Shown: positions 42,299 to 51,719 of the stretch, piece by piece
Layout: every line of letters begins with the position of its first letter
How positions within the stretch are numbered: the first letter of the stretch is position 1
NCBI RefSeq assembly: GCF_038130085.1
Contig: NZ_JAYPMU010000016.1
Location: 12,465-76,464 of the forward strand
DNA from: Halopseudomonas sp.
Lineage (GTDB): Bacteria > Pseudomonadota > Gammaproteobacteria > Pseudomonadales > Pseudomonadaceae
Length of the DNA stretch: 64,000 nucleotides
Direction: 5' to 3'
Program-made: the position numbers and the translations under genes
Notes under the pieces: generated by a model
The model's database searches: none
The model's input: the letters and a program-made list of their open reading frames with translations, nothing else
Told to the model about the DNA's origin: nothing

Positions 42299-43342
42299 AT
42301 GAAAAGATTCCCCGCCCTGCTGCTCAGCTCCCTGCTGCTGTCGTCCGCCGCCCAGGCGCAAGATAGCTTCAAGGTCTGCTGGTCGATCTACGCCGGCTGG
42401 ATGCCCTGGGCCTACGGTGCCGAAAGCGGCATCGTCAAGAAGTGGGCCGACAAGTACGACATCGCCATTGATGTGGTGCAGATCAACGATTACATCGAGT
42501 CGATCAACCAATACACAGCGGGTGAGTTCGACGCCTGCACCATGACCAACATGGATGCGCTGACCATCCCGGCCGCTGGCGGCGTCGACAGCACTGCACT
42601 GATCGTCGGCGACTTCTCCAACGGCAATGACGGCATCGTGCTCAAGGGCGAAAGCGAACTGGCCGCCATCAAAGGCCAGAACGTCAACCTGGTCGAGCTG
42701 AGCGTGTCCCACTATCTGCTGGCCCGCGCGCTGGACTCGGTGGGCCTGAGCGAAGCCGATGTGCAGGTGGTCAACACCTCGGACGCCGACATGGTCGCCG
42801 TCTACGGCACCGACGACGTCACCTCGGTCGCGACCTGGAATCCGCTGCTGAGCGAAATCAGCCAGCAACCGAACAGCACGGTGGTGTTCGACTCGGCGCA
42901 GATTCCGGGCGAGATCATCGACCTGCTGGTGATCAACACCGACACCCTCAGCGCCCACCCGGAACTGGGCAAGGCCCTGACCGGCGCCTGGTACGAAATC
43001 ATGGCGACCATGAGCAGCGACAGCGAGCAAGGCGTTGCCGCGCGCAGCTACATGGCCGAGGCCTCCGGCACCGATCTGGACGGTTATGAAGCCCAGTTGG
43101 CCGCAACCAAGATGTTCTACACCCCGGCCGCGGCGCTGGAGCTGACCAACAGCGTGCAACTCACGCAAACCATGCAGTACGTGGCGGAGTTTTCCTTCGA
43201 CCACGGCCTGCTCGGCGACGGCGCGCCGGATGCCGGTTTTATCGGCGTGCAGATGCCCGCCGGCGACTACGGCGACAGCAGCAACCTGAAGCTGCGCTTT
43301 GACCCGACCTACATGCAGATGGCTGCTGACGGCCAGCTCTGA
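42299..43342 (+). CDS. Urea-carboxylase-associated ABC substrate-binding protein (putative guanidine-binding)
   Basis: FKVCWSIYAGWMPW, NDYIESINQY, MTNMDALTIPAAGGVD, DFSNGNDG and LSVSHYLL; start at MKRFPA. Confidence 0.9.
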   Translation: MKRFPALLLSSLLLSSAAQAQDSFKVCWSIYAGWMPWAYGAESGIVKKWADKYDIAIDVVQINDYIESINQYTAGEFDACTMTNMDALTIPAAGGVDSTALIVGDFSNGNDGIVLKGESELAAIKGQNVNLVELSVSHYLLARALDSVGLSEADVQVVNTSDADMVAVYGTDDVTSVATWNPLLSEISQQPNSTVVFDSAQIPGEIIDLLVINTDTLSAHPELGKALTGAWYEIMATMSSDSEQGVAARSYMAEASGTDLDGYEAQLAATKMFYTPAAALELTNSVQLTQTMQYVAEFSFDHGLLGDGAPDAGFIGVQMPAGDYGDSSNLKLRFDPTYMQMAADGQL

Positions 43343-43387
43343 GCCCTGAACCAGACCGGGCGCGAACGGGCGCCCAGCGGGATGCAT

Positions 43388-44206
43388 ATGAAGCGACTGA
43401 TCAACCTCACACCGCCACCGGCCAGCAAACTGTTTCTCGGGCTGCTGCCGTTCGCCCTGCTGCTCCTGCTCTACGTAGTAGCCTCGGACGCGCGGCTGGC
43501 CGAGAACGCCAACGACAAGCTGCTGCCCGCCTTCAGCCAGATGGGCGAAGCCATCGACCGGATGGCGTTGGAGCCGAGCAAACGCACCGGTGAGTACCTG
43601 TTCTGGCAGGACACCGCCAGCAGCCTCAAGCGCCTCGGCCTGGGCGTGCTGATCGCTGCGGCCATTGGTCTGGCGCTGGGGCTGTTTACCGGCGCACTGC
43701 CGCTGGTGCACGCCGGTGTCAGCCCGCTGCTGACGGTGGTGTCGCTGATACCACCGCTGGCGATTCTGCCGGTGCTGTTCATTCTGTTCGGCCTCGGTGA
43801 AGCCTCCAAGGTGATCCTGATCGCCATCGGTATTACCCCGTTTATCGCCCGTGATCTGCAGCGCCGCACCCAGGAAATCCCCAGCGAGCAACTGGTCAAG
43901 GCGCAGACCCTCGGTGCCAACACCAGCCAGATCATGGTCCGCGTGCTGCTGCCGCAGCTGATGCCGAAACTGATCGACGCGGTGCGTCTGTCGCTCGGTG
44001 CCGGCTGGCTGTTCCTGATCGCCGCCGAAGCCATCGCCGCCACCGATGGCCTCGGTTACCGGATCTTTCTGGTCCGCCGCTATATGTCGATGGACGTGAT
44101 CCTGCCGTATGTCGCCTGGATCACCCTGCTGGCCTTCCTGTTCGACTGGCTGCTGGCGACCCTGTCGCGCCGCCTGTTCCCGTGGAATGCCCAAGGAGCC
44201 CACTGA
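43388..44206 (+). CDS. ABC transporter permease (guanidine operon)
   Basis: IPPLAILPVLFILFGLGEASKV, KAQTLGA and WLFLIAAEAIA. Confidence 0.9.
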   Translation: MKRLINLTPPPASKLFLGLLPFALLLLLYVVASDARLAENANDKLLPAFSQMGEAIDRMALEPSKRTGEYLFWQDTASSLKRLGLGVLIAAAIGLALGLFTGALPLVHAGVSPLLTVVSLIPPLAILPVLFILFGLGEASKVILIAIGITPFIARDLQRRTQEIPSEQLVKAQTLGANTSQIMVRVLLPQLMPKLIDAVRLSLGAGWLFLIAAEAIAATDGLGYRIFLVRRYMSMDVILPYVAWITLLAFLFDWLLATLSRRLFPWNAQGAH

Positions 44207-44988
44207 TGATCGAAGTAAAGAACGTCGGCAAGAGCTACGACGGTAACCCGGTGCTCGAACGCCTGAACGTCACCGTCAAGGAAGGCGAGTTCGTCACCCT
44301 GGTCGGCGCCTCCGGCTGCGGCAAGAGCACCTTCCTGAAAATGCTGCTGGGCACCGAGTCCCCAACCAGCGGCGAGCTGCTGCTCGACGGCAAGCCGATT
44401 GCTTCGGAACCCGGCCCAGACCGCGGCATCGTCTTCCAGCAGTATTCGGTTTTCCCGCACATGACCGTGCTGGAGAACGTCATGGCGGCGGTCGGCTTTG
44501 CACAGCGCGGGCTGACCGGCTACCTGTTCGGCAGCAAGCGCAAGCAGGCCCGCCTTGATGCCGAAGCCATCCTCACCGAAGTCGGCCTTGGCCACGCGCT
44601 GAAGAAGTACCCGCACGAGCTGTCTGGCGGGATGAAGCAGCGTCTGGCGATTGCCCAGGCGCTGCTCGGCAAGCCGCGCATTCTGCTGCTGGATGAGCCC
44701 TTTGGCGCACTCGACCCAGGTATCCGCGCCGACATGCACGAACTGGTGCTGCGCCTCTGGCAGGAACACAAGCTGACCATCTTTATGGTCACTCACGATA
44801 TCAAGGAAGGCTTCCACCTCGGCACCCGCTTGTGGGTGTTCGACAAGCTGCGCCACGACCCGCACGCACCGCAAGCCTATGGCGCCACCATCACCTACGA
44901 CCTGCCGATCGACCATAGCGCCCGGCAGCCAGCGCCGCAGAACACCGAACAAACCATTGCCCCGCTGCTGGCCGAAGCCGCCAGCTGA
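44206..44988 (+). CDS. ABC transporter ATP-binding protein (guanidine operon)
   Basis: GASGCGKST, LSGGMKQR and LDEPFGALD; the start overlaps the permease stop (TGATG). Confidence 0.92.
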   Translation: MIEVKNVGKSYDGNPVLERLNVTVKEGEFVTLVGASGCGKSTFLKMLLGTESPTSGELLLDGKPIASEPGPDRGIVFQQYSVFPHMTVLENVMAAVGFAQRGLTGYLFGSKRKQARLDAEAILTEVGLGHALKKYPHELSGGMKQRLAIAQALLGKPRILLLDEPFGALDPGIRADMHELVLRLWQEHKLTIFMVTHDIKEGFHLGTRLWVFDKLRHDPHAPQAYGATITYDLPIDHSARQPAPQNTEQTIAPLLAEAAS

Positions 44989-45014
44989 GCCACCGAATCA
45001 CGGAGACAAGGCAG

Positions 45015-45731
45015 ATGACTCTGAAGACCTACACCACTGAAATCGCCGGCGCCAGCCACTGGTCCCTGCGCGTGCGCAAGGGCACCCTGATGCGCCTGAC
45101 CGATCTGGCCGGTAATGCCAACGTCGGCATGCTGTTCTACAACCCGGAAAACCTGCTGGAGCGTTACAACGCGCCAGACACCCTCAAGTGCCAACACACC
45201 TTCAAGCTGACCCGCGGCAATTGCCTGTATTCCGACATGGGCCGCATCTTCGCCTCCATCGTTGAAGACGATCTGGGCTGGCACGAAAGCGTCTGTGGCA
45301 ACAGCAACGCCGCTCAGGTAGCCGAGCGCTGGGGCGCACGCGACTACCAGAACGCCCGCAATGAATGGCACCAGAACGGCTACGACGCCTTTCTGGTCGA
45401 GCTGGCCAAGTACGGTCTGGGCCGCGCCGACATGGCCGCCAACCTGAACCTGTTCAGCAAGGTCGCCACCGATGACGAAGGCCGTATGCAACTGGTTTCC
45501 GGCCACAGCAAGGCCGGCAGCCAGGTCGCCCTGCGCTTCGAGATGGACACCTTGGTCGTGCTGCACACCTGCCCGCACCCGCTCAGCAGCGCCGACAGCT
45601 ACCCCTACAACCCGGTCCGCATCGAGCTGAGCCAGGCCGCGCCGGTCAGCGATGACGACTTCTGCCGCAACTTCCGCCCGGAAAACCAGCGCGGCTTCCA
45701 GAACAACGCCCTGTACCACCTGGGCAAGTAA
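45015..45731 (+). CDS. cgdA: Carboxyguanidine deiminase subunit A (urea amidolyase-associated protein, DUF1989)
   Basis: [29 protein letters not shown] and HTCPHPL. Confidence 0.88.
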   Translation: MTLKTYTTEIAGASHWSLRVRKGTLMRLTDLAGNANVGMLFYNPENLLERYNAPDTLKCQHTFKLTRGNCLYSDMGRIFASIVEDDLGWHESVCGNSNAAQVAERWGARDYQNARNEWHQNGYDAFLVELAKYGLGRADMAANLNLFSKVATDDEGRMQLVSGHSKAGSQVALRFEMDTLVVLHTCPHPLSSADSYPYNPVRIELSQAAPVSDDDFCRNFRPENQRGFQNNALYHLGK

Positions 45732-45742
45732 GCGAGGACACC

Positions 45743-46384
45743 ATGATCAAGCACAGCTCCCGCCTCCCCGAACAGGCCCTCTCCCGCACCACCATCGGCG
45801 CTGGCGATTACTACATCGGCATCGTCAAGGCCGGCCAGACCATGCGCCTGCTCGACCTGGAAGGCAATCAGGCCGCCGACACCCTGTTCTTCAGCGCCGC
45901 CAATCCGGTCGAGCGCTACAGCGCCACCGACACCATCCGCGAGCAGGGCAACGTCTACCTGACCGCCGGCTCGGTGATTCGCTCGAACGAAAACAACCCG
46001 ATGCTGGAAATCGTCGCCGATACCTGCGGCCGTCACGACACGCTGGGCGGTGCCTGCGCCAGCGAAAGCAACACCGTGCGCTACGACCTGGAAAAGCGCT
46101 GCATGCACTCGTGCCGAGACAGCTGGATGCTGGCCGTGGCCGAGAACCCGCAATACGGCATCAGCAAGCGCGACATCACCCACAACATCAACTTCTTTAT
46201 GAACGTGCCGGTGACCGCCGAAGGCGGCCTGACCTTTGAGGACGGCATCTCCGGCGCCGGCAAGTACGTCGAGCTGACCGCGCTGACGGACGTGGTGATC
46301 CTGATCTCCAACTGCCCGCAGCTGAACAACCCGTGCAACGGCTATAACCCGACGCCGGTTGAATTACTGGTCTGGTCTGAGTAA
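45743..46384 (+). CDS. cgdB: Carboxyguanidine deiminase subunit B (DUF1989)
   Basis: [31 protein letters not shown] and [17 protein letters not shown]. Confidence 0.9.
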   Translation: MIKHSSRLPEQALSRTTIGAGDYYIGIVKAGQTMRLLDLEGNQAADTLFFSAANPVERYSATDTIREQGNVYLTAGSVIRSNENNPMLEIVADTCGRHDTLGGACASESNTVRYDLEKRCMHSCRDSWMLAVAENPQYGISKRDITHNINFFMNVPVTAEGGLTFEDGISGAGKYVELTALTDVVILISNCPQLNNPCNGYNPTPVELLVWSE

Positions 46385-46409
46385 CCCGTACAACGAGACA
46401 TCACAGCTT

Positions 46410-46456
46410 CAGTGGACGGCCACTGTCGTAAACAAAGCAGCCTGGGACGGCCCGGC
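46410..46456 (+). ncRNA. Guanidine-II riboswitch (mini-ykkC)
   Basis: Two hairpins, each with an ACGR tetraloop closed by G-C: CAGUGG-ACGG-CCACUG (46410-46425) and GCC(U)GGG-ACGG-CCCGGC (46440-46456). They are joined by a 14-nt A-rich linker and end 13 nt before the uca ATG. Confidence 0.88.
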
Positions 46457-46469
46457 AAAGGCTAGCGAC

Positions 46470-49400
46470 ATGTTCAACAAGGTTCTGATCGCCAACCGTG
46501 GCGCCATCGCCACCCGCATCATCCGCACCCTGCGCAACCTGGGTATCGGCTCAGTCGCCGTCTACGCCGAATGCGACGCCGACAGCCTGCACGTACGGCT
46601 CGCTGACGAGGCCTACAGCCTCGGCGAAGGCGCCGCTGCCGACACCTATCTGCAGGTCGACAAACTGCTGGCCATCGCCGCCGACACCGGCGCCCAGGCC
46701 ATCCACCCCGGTTACGGCTTCCTCAGTGAGAACGCCAACTTCGTGCGCCGCTGCGAGGCCGCTGGGGTCGCCTTTATCGGCCCGACGCCCGAGCAAATGC
46801 TGGCCTTCGGTCTCAAGCACCGCGCCCGCGAGTTGGCAGAACAAGCCAATGTGCCGCTGCTGCCGGGCACCGATCTGTTGACCGATCTGGCGGCAGCCAA
46901 GGCAGAAGCCGCGCGTATCGGCTATCCGGTCATGCTCAAGAGCACCGCCGGTGGCGGCGGTATCGGCATGCAGCTGTGTCACAGCGAAGACGAACTGACC
47001 GGTGCCTTCGACAGCGTCAAGCGCCTTGGCGCCAGCAACTTTGCCGACGACGGCGTGTTCCTGGAGAAATTCATCGCCCGCGCCCGCCATATCGAGGTGC
47101 AGGTGTTTGCCGACGGCAAGGGCAACGCGCTGGCACTCGGTGAGCGCGACTGCTCCAGCCAGCGCCGCAATCAGAAAGTGGTGGAAGAATGCCCGGCACC
47201 GAACCTGAGCGACGCGGTCCGCAGCGAGCTGCACGCCACTGCTGAAAAGCTGCTGTCCAGCGTCAGCTACCGCAACGCCGGTACCGTCGAGTTCATTTAC
47301 GACGCCGACAGTCACCAGTTCTACTTCCTTGAAGTTAACACCCGCCTGCAGGTTGAGCACGGCGTGACCGAAGAGGTGTTCGGCGTTGATCTGGTCGAGT
47401 GGATGGTACGTCTGGCCGCCGGCGAGGAGCTGGAACTGAACGCGCGCCGCGCCAGCCTCGTGCCCAAGGGCCATTCCATTCAGGTGCGTCTGTACGCCGA
47501 AGACCCGTTCCGCGACTTTCAGCCCTGTGCAGGCCTGCTCAGCGAAGCGGCTTTCCCCTCCGGTGACGGCATCCGCATTGACCACTGGATCGAATCCGGG
47601 CTGGAAGTACCGCCCTACTTCGACCCGATGCTGGCCAAGGTGATTGTCCACGCGGAGGACCGCGCCGCTGCGCTGACCAAGCTGCAGGACACCCTGGACG
47701 CCACCCGCCTGTACGGCAGCGAAACCAACCTCGACTACCTGCGTGCGCTGACCCGCGACCCGGCGCTGCTGGCTGGCGAGGTCACCACTCGCTACCTCAA
47801 CAGCTTCCGCTTCCAGCCGGCGCGCATCGACGTGCTGGCTGGCGGCACCCAGACCACCATTCAGGACTTTCCGGGCCGCACCGGCAGCTGGGATGTTGGC
47901 GTGCCGCCGTCCGGCCCCTTCGACAGCTACGCCTTCCGCCTTGGCAACCGCCTGCTGAACAACCCGGCCGACACGGCGGGGCTGGAAATCACCCTGCAAG
48001 GCCCAACCCTGCGTTTTGCCAGCGCCAGCCAGATCGTGCTGAGCGGCGCTGCGATTGACGCCAAGCTGGATGACCAGCCGATTGCCTCCTGGCAGGTGAT
48101 TGATATTGCCGCAGGGCAAACCCTGACCCTTGGCCGCATCAAGGACGCCGGTGCCCGAGCCTATCTGGCAGTGCTCGGCGGTCTGCAATGCCCGGATTAT
48201 CTCGGTTCCAAATCCACCTTCACCCTCGGTCAGTTCGGCGGCCACAACGGCCGCGCGCTGCGCACCGGTGACGTGCTGCACCTGAGCGCAGGCGTCAGCC
48301 CGGTTGCGCCTGCTGAGGTACCCAGCGCGCTGCGCCCGGCGATCAGCAACCAGTGGGAGCTGCGGGTGATCTACGGCCCGCATGGCGCGCCGGACTTTTT
48401 CACCGGCAAGGACATCGACAGCTTTTTCGCCACCGACTGGGAGATTCACTACAACTCAAGCCGCACGGGCGTGCGTCTCATAGGCCCGAAACCGGAATGG
48501 GCACGCAAGGACGGCGGCGAAGCCGGCCTGCACCCGTCCAACATTCACGACAACGCTTACGCCTTCGGCACCGTCGATTTCACCGGCGACATGCCGGTGA
48601 TCCTCGGCCCGGACGGCCCGTCGCTCGGTGGTTTTGTCTGCCCGGCCACCGTCATCACCGCCGACCTGTGGAAGCTCGGCCAGCTGCGCGCCGGCGACAA
48701 AGTGCGCTTTGTACCGGTCAGCATTGAGCAGGCGGTTGCGCTGGAGGCGGCGCAGATCGAACAGATCGATGCACTGACCTCCAAGCCGGTCGAATGGCAG
48801 CCGGTGGCGGTCGACAGCCCCATTCTAAAGCGTCTGCCCGCCGAGCAGTTCGGTGACGAGATCGTCTACCGCGCCGCCGGTGACCACTTCCTGCTGGTCG
48901 AATACGGCGAGCAGATGCTGGATATCCGCCTGCGTTTCCGCGCCCACGCGCTGATGCAGTGGCTGCAGCAAAACCCGGTGGCCGGCCTGCGTGAGCTGAC
49001 CCCGGGCATCCGCTCGCTGCAGGTGCATTTCGACAGCCAGCAATTGAGCCATGACGCGCTGCTCGAGCATCTGTTCAAGGCCGAACAGGCACTGTCGGAA
49101 CGCCTGAACGAACTGGCCGTACCCTCGCGCATCGTGCACATCCCGCTGTCGTGGGACGACAAGGCCTGCCAGCTGGCGATCGAAAAATACACCCAGTCGG
49201 TGCGCAAGAACGCGCCCTGGTGCCCAAGTAATCTGGAGTTCATCCGCCGCATCAACGGGCTGGACAGCATCGACGACGTCAAGAAGGTGCTGTTCGAGGC
49301 GTCCTATCTGGTCATGGGCCTCGGCGACGTCTACCTCGGTGCGCCGGTGGCCACGCCGACCGACCCACGCCACCGTCTGGTGACCACCAAGTACAACCCG

Positions 49401-50084
49401 GCGCGCACCTGGACCGCCGAAAACTCGGTCGGCATCGGCGGCTCCTACCTCTGCGTCTACGGCATGGAAGGGCCCGGCGGTTATCAGTTCGTCGGTCGCA
49501 CCCTGCAGATGTGGAACCGCTATCGCCAGACCCGCGAGTTCAGCAAGCCATGGCTGCTGCGCTTCTTTGATCAGATCCGCTTTTATGAGGTCAGCCACGA
49601 GGAGCTGCAGCAGATTCGCCGCGACTTCCCGCAGGGCCGCTATCCGCTGCGCATCGAGGAAAGCCAGTTCAGCCTCGCCGAGCACGAAGCCTTCATTAAC
49701 GACAACGCCGACGACATCGAAGCCTTCAAGCAGCAGCGCAACGCGGCCTTCGCCGAAGAACTCCGCCAGTGGCACGCCAACGGCCAGTTCAACTTCGAGA
49801 GCGAAGAGCTGGAGAGTAACGATGAGGATGTCAGCTGGCCGGAGGACAGCGTCGGTGTCGACAGCCCGGTATCCGGCAGTCTGTGGCAGGCCGAGGTCAA
49901 GGTCGGCGATACGGTCAAGGCCGGCCAAACCCTGCTGATTCTCGAATCGATGAAGATGGAAATCCCGCTGCAGGCGCCGTGCGATGGCGTGGTGACCCAT
50001 GTATTGCAGCAGCCCGGTGGCCGCGTGCAGGCCGGTCAGCCGCTGGTAGTGCTGCGCGACGAGGCACTGGAACCGGTCGCCTGA
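46470..50084 (+). CDS. uca: Urea/guanidine carboxylase (biotin carboxylase, carboxyltransferase, BCCP)
   Basis: KVLIANRGAIA, HPGYGFLSEN, EVNTRLQVEH, HPSNIHDNAY..G.VDFTGD, PSLGGFVCP, KYNPARTWT and ESMKME; start at MFNKVL. Confidence 0.95.
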   Translation: MFNKVLIANRGAIATRIIRTLRNLGIGSVAVYAECDADSLHVRLADEAYSLGEGAAADTYLQVDKLLAIAADTGAQAIHPGYGFLSENANFVRRCEAAGVAFIGPTPEQMLAFGLKHRARELAEQANVPLLPGTDLLTDLAAAKAEAARIGYPVMLKSTAGGGGIGMQLCHSEDELTGAFDSVKRLGASNFADDGVFLEKFIARARHIEVQVFADGKGNALALGERDCSSQRRNQKVVEECPAPNLSDAVRSELHATAEKLLSSVSYRNAGTVEFIYDADSHQFYFLEVNTRLQVEHGVTEEVFGVDLVEWMVRLAAGEELELNARRASLVPKGHSIQVRLYAEDPFRDFQPCAGLLSEAAFPSGDGIRIDHWIESGLEVPPYFDPMLAKVIVHAEDRAAALTKLQDTLDATRLYGSETNLDYLRALTRDPALLAGEVTTRYLNSFRFQPARIDVLAGGTQTTIQDFPGRTGSWDVGVPPSGPFDSYAFRLGNRLLNNPADTAGLEITLQGPTLRFASASQIVLSGAAIDAKLDDQPIASWQVIDIAAGQTLTLGRIKDAGARAYLAVLGGLQCPDYLGSKSTFTLGQFGGHNGRALRTGDVLHLSAGVSPVAPAEVPSALRPAISNQWELRVIYGPHGAPDFFTGKDIDSFFATDWEIHYNSSRTGVRLIGPKPEWARKDGGEAGLHPSNIHDNAYAFGTVDFTGDMPVILGPDGPSLGGFVCPATVITADLWKLGQLRAGDKVRFVPVSIEQAVALEAAQIEQIDALTSKPVEWQPVAVDSPILKRLPAEQFGDEIVYRAAGDHFLLVEYGEQMLDIRLRFRAHALMQWLQQNPVAGLRELTPGIRSLQVHFDSQQLSHDALLEHLFKAEQALSERLNELAVPSRIVHIPLSWDDKACQLAIEKYTQSVRKNAPWCPSNLEFIRRINGLDSIDDVKKVLFEASYLVMGLGDVYLGAPVATPTDPRHRLVTTKYNPARTWTAENSVGIGGSYLCVYGMEGPGGYQFVGRTLQMWNRYRQTREFSKPWLLRFFDQIRFYEVSHEELQQIRRDFPQGRYPLRIEESQFSLAEHEAFINDNADDIEAFKQQRNAAFAEELRQWHANGQFNFESEELESNDEDVSWPEDSVGVDSPVSGSLWQAEVKVGDTVKAGQTLLILESMKMEIPLQAPCDGVVTHVLQQPGGRVQAGQPLVVLRDEALEPVA

Positions 50085-50097
50085 GGCAGAAAAAAAC

Positions 50098-50139
50098 AGA
50101 CGCTACCTGATGCTTTAAAAGCATCAGGTAGCGTCTTTT
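50098..50139. terminator. Long perfect inverted repeat / terminator after uca
   Basis: AGACGCTACCTGATGCTTT-A-AAAGCATCAGGTAGCGTCT, 19-bp arms followed by TTT. Confidence 0.75.
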
Positions 50140-50234
50140 CGTATCAGCTTACAAACTACTCAAGCGTGCACTCGCGCGTTTCAATGAGCCTCCCCAACCG
50201 ACAATAAAATTCGGCTCACCGAAAGGAGTAGATC

Positions 50235-51665
50235 ATGCTATCCGCCCTCAGCGACCTGCTGTGGAGCAAGATTCTGATTGCCATGCTGGTCGGCATCGGA
50301 GTCTGGTTCACCATCGCCACCCGCTTCGTTCAGTTTCGTTACTTCGGCAAGATGTTCGGCATTCTCACCGCCAACCATCATGAGGCGGACGGACGCCACC
50401 TCAGTTCCTTTCAAGCCCTGATCCTGTCGGTTGCCGGCCGGGTTGGCGGCGGCAATATCGCCGGCGTTGCGGTGGCCATTACCCTCGGTGGCCCCGGCGC
50501 CATCTTCTGGATGTGGGTTGTCGGCCTGATGGGCATGGCAACCAGCTTCATCGAATGTACCCTCGCCCAGCTGTACAAGACCGCCGAGCCGGATGGTGCC
50601 TACCGTGGCGGCCCGGCCCACTACATCGAACGCGGTCTGGGTCGTAACTGGAAGTGGCTGGCGATGGTTTACTCGGTGCTGCTGCTGGTGACCTTCGGTA
50701 TCGGCTTTATCGCCCTGCAGTCCTACGCAGTCGCCACCTCGCTCCAGGATGCGTTCAGCATTCCGCTGTACTACAGCGGTATCGGTCTGGCACTGGTGGT
50801 CGGCCTGATTATCTTCGGCGGCGTCAAACGTATCGCTCAGGTCGCTGAGGTGCTGGTGCCGATCATGGCTGGCGGTTACCTGCTAATCGCCGTGGTGGTG
50901 CTCGGTCTGAACTTCAGCGAGATTCCCGCCACCCTCAAGCTGATCGTGGAAAGCGCCTTCGGCATTGGCCCGGTGGTCGGCGGCGGTATCGGCGCGGCGA
51001 TTCTGATGGGCGTCAAGCGCGGCCTGTTCTCCAACGAAGCGGGCCTCGGCAGCGCGCCCAACGTGGCGGCGGTGGCCTTTGTTCCGCACCCGGCCAATCA
51101 GGGCGTGGTGCAGTCGTTCTCGGTATTTATCGACACCATCGTGCTGTGTACCTGTACCGCGCTGATCATTCTGATGGGCACCGCGTATGACCCGACGCTG
51201 GCCGATGCCAGTCAGGGCGTGGCCTTGACCCAGGCGTCGCTGGCCACCCACATCGGCGAATGGGGTCGCGTCTTCGTCAGTATCGCGATGCTGCTGTTCG
51301 GCTTCAGCACCGTGCTCTACAACTACTACCTCGGTGAAAACAGCGTCAGCTACCTGACCACCGGTCGCAGCAACGAGTTCGTCATGAACGGCTTCCGGGT
51401 GGTGGTGATCTGCCTGTGCTGTCTGGGCGCGATCATGGATCTGGGCACCGTATTCGGCTTCGCCGACCTGACCATGGGCCTGCTGGCACTGGTCAACCTG
51501 ATTGCCCTGACCATGCTGTTCAAGACCGGCAAGCGCGTGCTCGCGGACTACGACCGTCAGCTCAAGAGCGGCAACAAAACGCCGACCTTCCACGCGGAAG
51601 AGTACGCCGACCTGGATCTGGACCACGAGTCCTGGCCGGCCAGCCAGCGCAAAGACAACCACTGA
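50235..51665 (+). CDS. Alanine/glycine:cation symporter (AGCS) family amino acid transporter
   Basis: GRVGGGNIAGVA, GGPGAIFWMW, GVKRGLFSNEAGLGSAPN and FIDTIVLCTCT. Confidence 0.92.
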   Translation: MLSALSDLLWSKILIAMLVGIGVWFTIATRFVQFRYFGKMFGILTANHHEADGRHLSSFQALILSVAGRVGGGNIAGVAVAITLGGPGAIFWMWVVGLMGMATSFIECTLAQLYKTAEPDGAYRGGPAHYIERGLGRNWKWLAMVYSVLLLVTFGIGFIALQSYAVATSLQDAFSIPLYYSGIGLALVVGLIIFGGVKRIAQVAEVLVPIMAGGYLLIAVVVLGLNFSEIPATLKLIVESAFGIGPVVGGGIGAAILMGVKRGLFSNEAGLGSAPNVAAVAFVPHPANQGVVQSFSVFIDTIVLCTCTALIILMGTAYDPTLADASQGVALTQASLATHIGEWGRVFVSIAMLLFGFSTVLYNYYLGENSVSYLTTGRSNEFVMNGFRVVVICLCCLGAIMDLGTVFGFADLTMGLLALVNLIALTMLFKTGKRVLADYDRQLKSGNKTPTFHAEEYADLDLDHESWPASQRKDNH

Positions 51666-51719
51666 CCCCTGCCCCGAGCGCCGGGTCCCCGGCGCTCCGT
51701 TTCCTCTGGAAGCACACCC

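Noticed and set aside
43358-43375. Hairpin GGGCGC-GAACGG-GCGCCC between the guanidine binding protein and permease genes
   Set aside because: The loop is not a G-ACGR-C tetraloop and the hairpin is single. More likely an intercistronic stabiliser than a guanidine-II aptamer.
46359-46469. N-terminal extensions in the ORF track (uca from 46359; also 41795, 19854, 11405, 54984, 63066, 57337, 58049, 60046)
   Set aside because: The extensions overlap riboswitches, promoters or neighbouring genes and lack family similarity. Downstream ATGs with an RBS or family-typical N-termini were used instead.
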